Of a stretch of DNA of 14,071 bases, positions 12,770 through 14,071 are shown one piece after another. The DNA lies in the IMG/VR virus record IMGVR_UViG_2711768037_000016, positions 1 through 14,071 of that record. The stretch is one strand, 5' to 3'. The notes under the pieces were generated by a model, which saw only the letters and a program-made list of their open reading frames with translations, was not told where the DNA came from and made no database searches. How positions within the stretch are numbered: position 1 is the stretch's first letter; each line of letters starts with the position of its first letter. The stretch comes from a virus. Its lineage: Duplodnaviria > Heunggongvirae > Uroviricota > Caudoviricetes. Made by a program: the position numbers and the translations under genes.

Positions 12770-14071
12770 ATGAGTAACGCATCATACCCGACAGGCGTTG
12801 AAAACCATGGAGGATCACTCCGTATATGGTTTCACTATAATGGCAAACGTGTCAGAGAAAACCTCGGTGTTCCTGACACCGCCAAAAACCGGAAGATCGC
12901 TGGTGAGCTTCGCACTTCTGTTTGTTTTGCAATCAGAATGGGGAGTTTCGACTACGCCGCGCAGTTCCCTAATTCCCCTAACCTGAAACACTTTGGTCTG
13001 GGAAAAAGAGAGATAACCGTTAAGGCACTTTCGGAAAAATGGTTGGACCTTAAGAAAATTGAGATTTGTGCGAATGCACTTAACCGTTACCAGTCAGTAA
13101 TTAAAAACATGTTACCAATGTTAGGTGAAAAAAAATTGGTTTCATCCATAACAAAAGAGGATTTACTTTTCGTAAGGAGAGATTTGTTGACCGGTTACCA
13201 AAAGCTTTCTAATGGAAAGACTTCTTCCATAAAAGGGCGCTCAGTGGTCACGGTAAACTACTATATGACAACCATAGCTGGAATGTTTCAATTTGCAACA
13301 GATAATGGTTATACCTCAGGAAACCCATTTAACGGTCTGGCTCCCTTAAAAAAGTCCAAGGTAAAACCAGATCCTCTCACCCGTGACGAATTTATTCGTT
13401 TTATTGAGGCCTGCCGTCATCAACAAACAAAAAACCTGTGGATTCTCGCTGTATACACGGGTATTCGTCACGGGGAGTTGGTATCGCTGGCATGGGAAGA
13501 TATAGACCTTAAAGCAAGGACTATAACCATCCGTAGAAATTATACAAAACTTGGCGAATTCACTCCACCAAAAACCGATGCTGGCACCGGAAGGACAATT
13601 CATCTGGTTCAACCAGCTATTGATGCTCTTAAAAGCCAGGCGGAAATGACCATGCTTGGAAAGCAACATTCTGTAGAGGTAAAGCAGAGGGAATATGGGA
13701 GAACAGCTGTGCATAAATGTACTTTTGTTTTTAGCCCTCAGGTAATAAAACAGCAGCAGTTGTCTGGACCTCACTACAAAGTTGACTCCATCAGGGAGTC
13801 ATGGACAAGTATCTTAAAACGCGCAGGTCTGAGACACAGAAAATCGTACCAATCCAGGCATACTTATGCATGCTGGTCACTTGCCGCTGGAGCTAATCCT
13901 AGTTTTATCGCAAGCCAGATGGGCCACACAAACGCACAAATGGTATTCAATGTTTACGGAGCATGGATGAAAGACAACAATCACGAACAGATAGAACTCC
14001 TTAACAAAAGACTATCTGAAAGTGTCCCATGTATGCCCCATAAGAAAGTGGGGGAAAATAAAAACTTGTAA
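12770..14071 (+). CDS. int: Tyrosine recombinase (phage integrase) with N-terminal arm-binding domain, Rac/IntR-like
   Basis: 433 aa. N-terminus GVENHGGSLRIWFHYNGKRVRENLG (DUF3596-type arm-binding domain). Catalytic motifs RHGELVSLAWEDIDL, SRHTYACWSLAAGANPSFIASQMGH and VYGAWM (Tyr). SD GGAGG. Stop TAA at 14069-14071 is the window end. Confidence 0.9.
   Translation: MSNASYPTGVENHGGSLRIWFHYNGKRVRENLGVPDTAKNRKIAGELRTSVCFAIRMGSFDYAAQFPNSPNLKHFGLGKREITVKALSEKWLDLKKIEICANALNRYQSVIKNMLPMLGEKKLVSSITKEDLLFVRRDLLTGYQKLSNGKTSSIKGRSVVTVNYYMTTIAGMFQFATDNGYTSGNPFNGLAPLKKSKVKPDPLTRDEFIRFIEACRHQQTKNLWILAVYTGIRHGELVSLAWEDIDLKARTITIRRNYTKLGEFTPPKTDAGTGRTIHLVQPAIDALKSQAEMTMLGKQHSVEVKQREYGRTAVHKCTFVFSPQVIKQQQLSGPHYKVDSIRESWTSILKRAGLRHRKSYQSRHTYACWSLAAGANPSFIASQMGHTNAQMVFNVYGAWMKDNNHEQIELLNKRLSESVPCMPHKKVGENKNL

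Larger units (their letters stand above)
1..14071. mobile_element. Partial lambdoid prophage (early region: Q, replication, immunity, accessory operon, xis-int); both ends run off or abut the window edges
   Basis: Gene order and strand organisation match a reversed lambda map (int-xis ... cI | cro ... O-P-like ... Q). Genes are tightly packed with 4-bp ATGA overlaps, and GC content is visibly mosaic. Confidence 0.85.

Noticed and set aside
13346-13774. Minus-strand 142-aa ORF inside the integrase gene
   Set aside because: Antisense to an integrase with intact catalytic motifs; an AT-rich shadow ORF.
1-14071. Search for tRNA, rRNA or an att core adjacent to the integrase
   Set aside because: No region shows tRNA-like cloverleaf arms or rRNA-like conservation that I can recognise. 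The integrase stop is the last codon of the window, so any attachment site or tRNA target would lie beyond 14071.

Overview
This 14,071-bp window reads as the early/regulatory half of a lambdoid (Rac/Qin-like) prophage, probably in an enterobacterial host (inference from protein family resemblance only), laid out in reverse of the standard lambda map. Minus strand, high to low coordinate: YdaS/Cro-like HTH, three tandem Rha-domain regulator genes, a 74-aa ORF, an O-like replication initiator with an internal iteron array (candidate origin), a DnaC/IstB-like loader, a DnaB-family helicase, a small coiled-coil ORF, a DUF968-like nin-region protein and a Q-type antiterminator (1-381). A ~130-bp divergent promoter/operator region (7856-7987) separates these from the plus-strand genes: a CI/LexA-like S24 repressor, an AT-rich accessory operon of uncharacterised genes, then an xis-like gene and a Rac-type tyrosine integrase whose stop codon is the last three bases of the window. 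The accessory operon holds a tandem-HTH protein plus a standalone paralogue of its N-terminal domain, a 37/60/190-aa cassette, a small membrane protein translationally coupled to an SPFH/band-7 lipoprotein, and two further small ORFs. No rRNA, tRNA or CRISPR array is evident. The most interesting unexplained content is this accessory block (about 8.8-12.4 kb), which sits where lambda carries rexAB/N and where lambdoid phages often carry exclusion or defence cargo. Only the SPFH domain can be assigned from sequence; everything else there is hypothesis. Several ORF-track starts are TTG/GTG; where an in-frame ATG with a Shine-Dalgarno (SD) sequence exists I give that coordinate instead.
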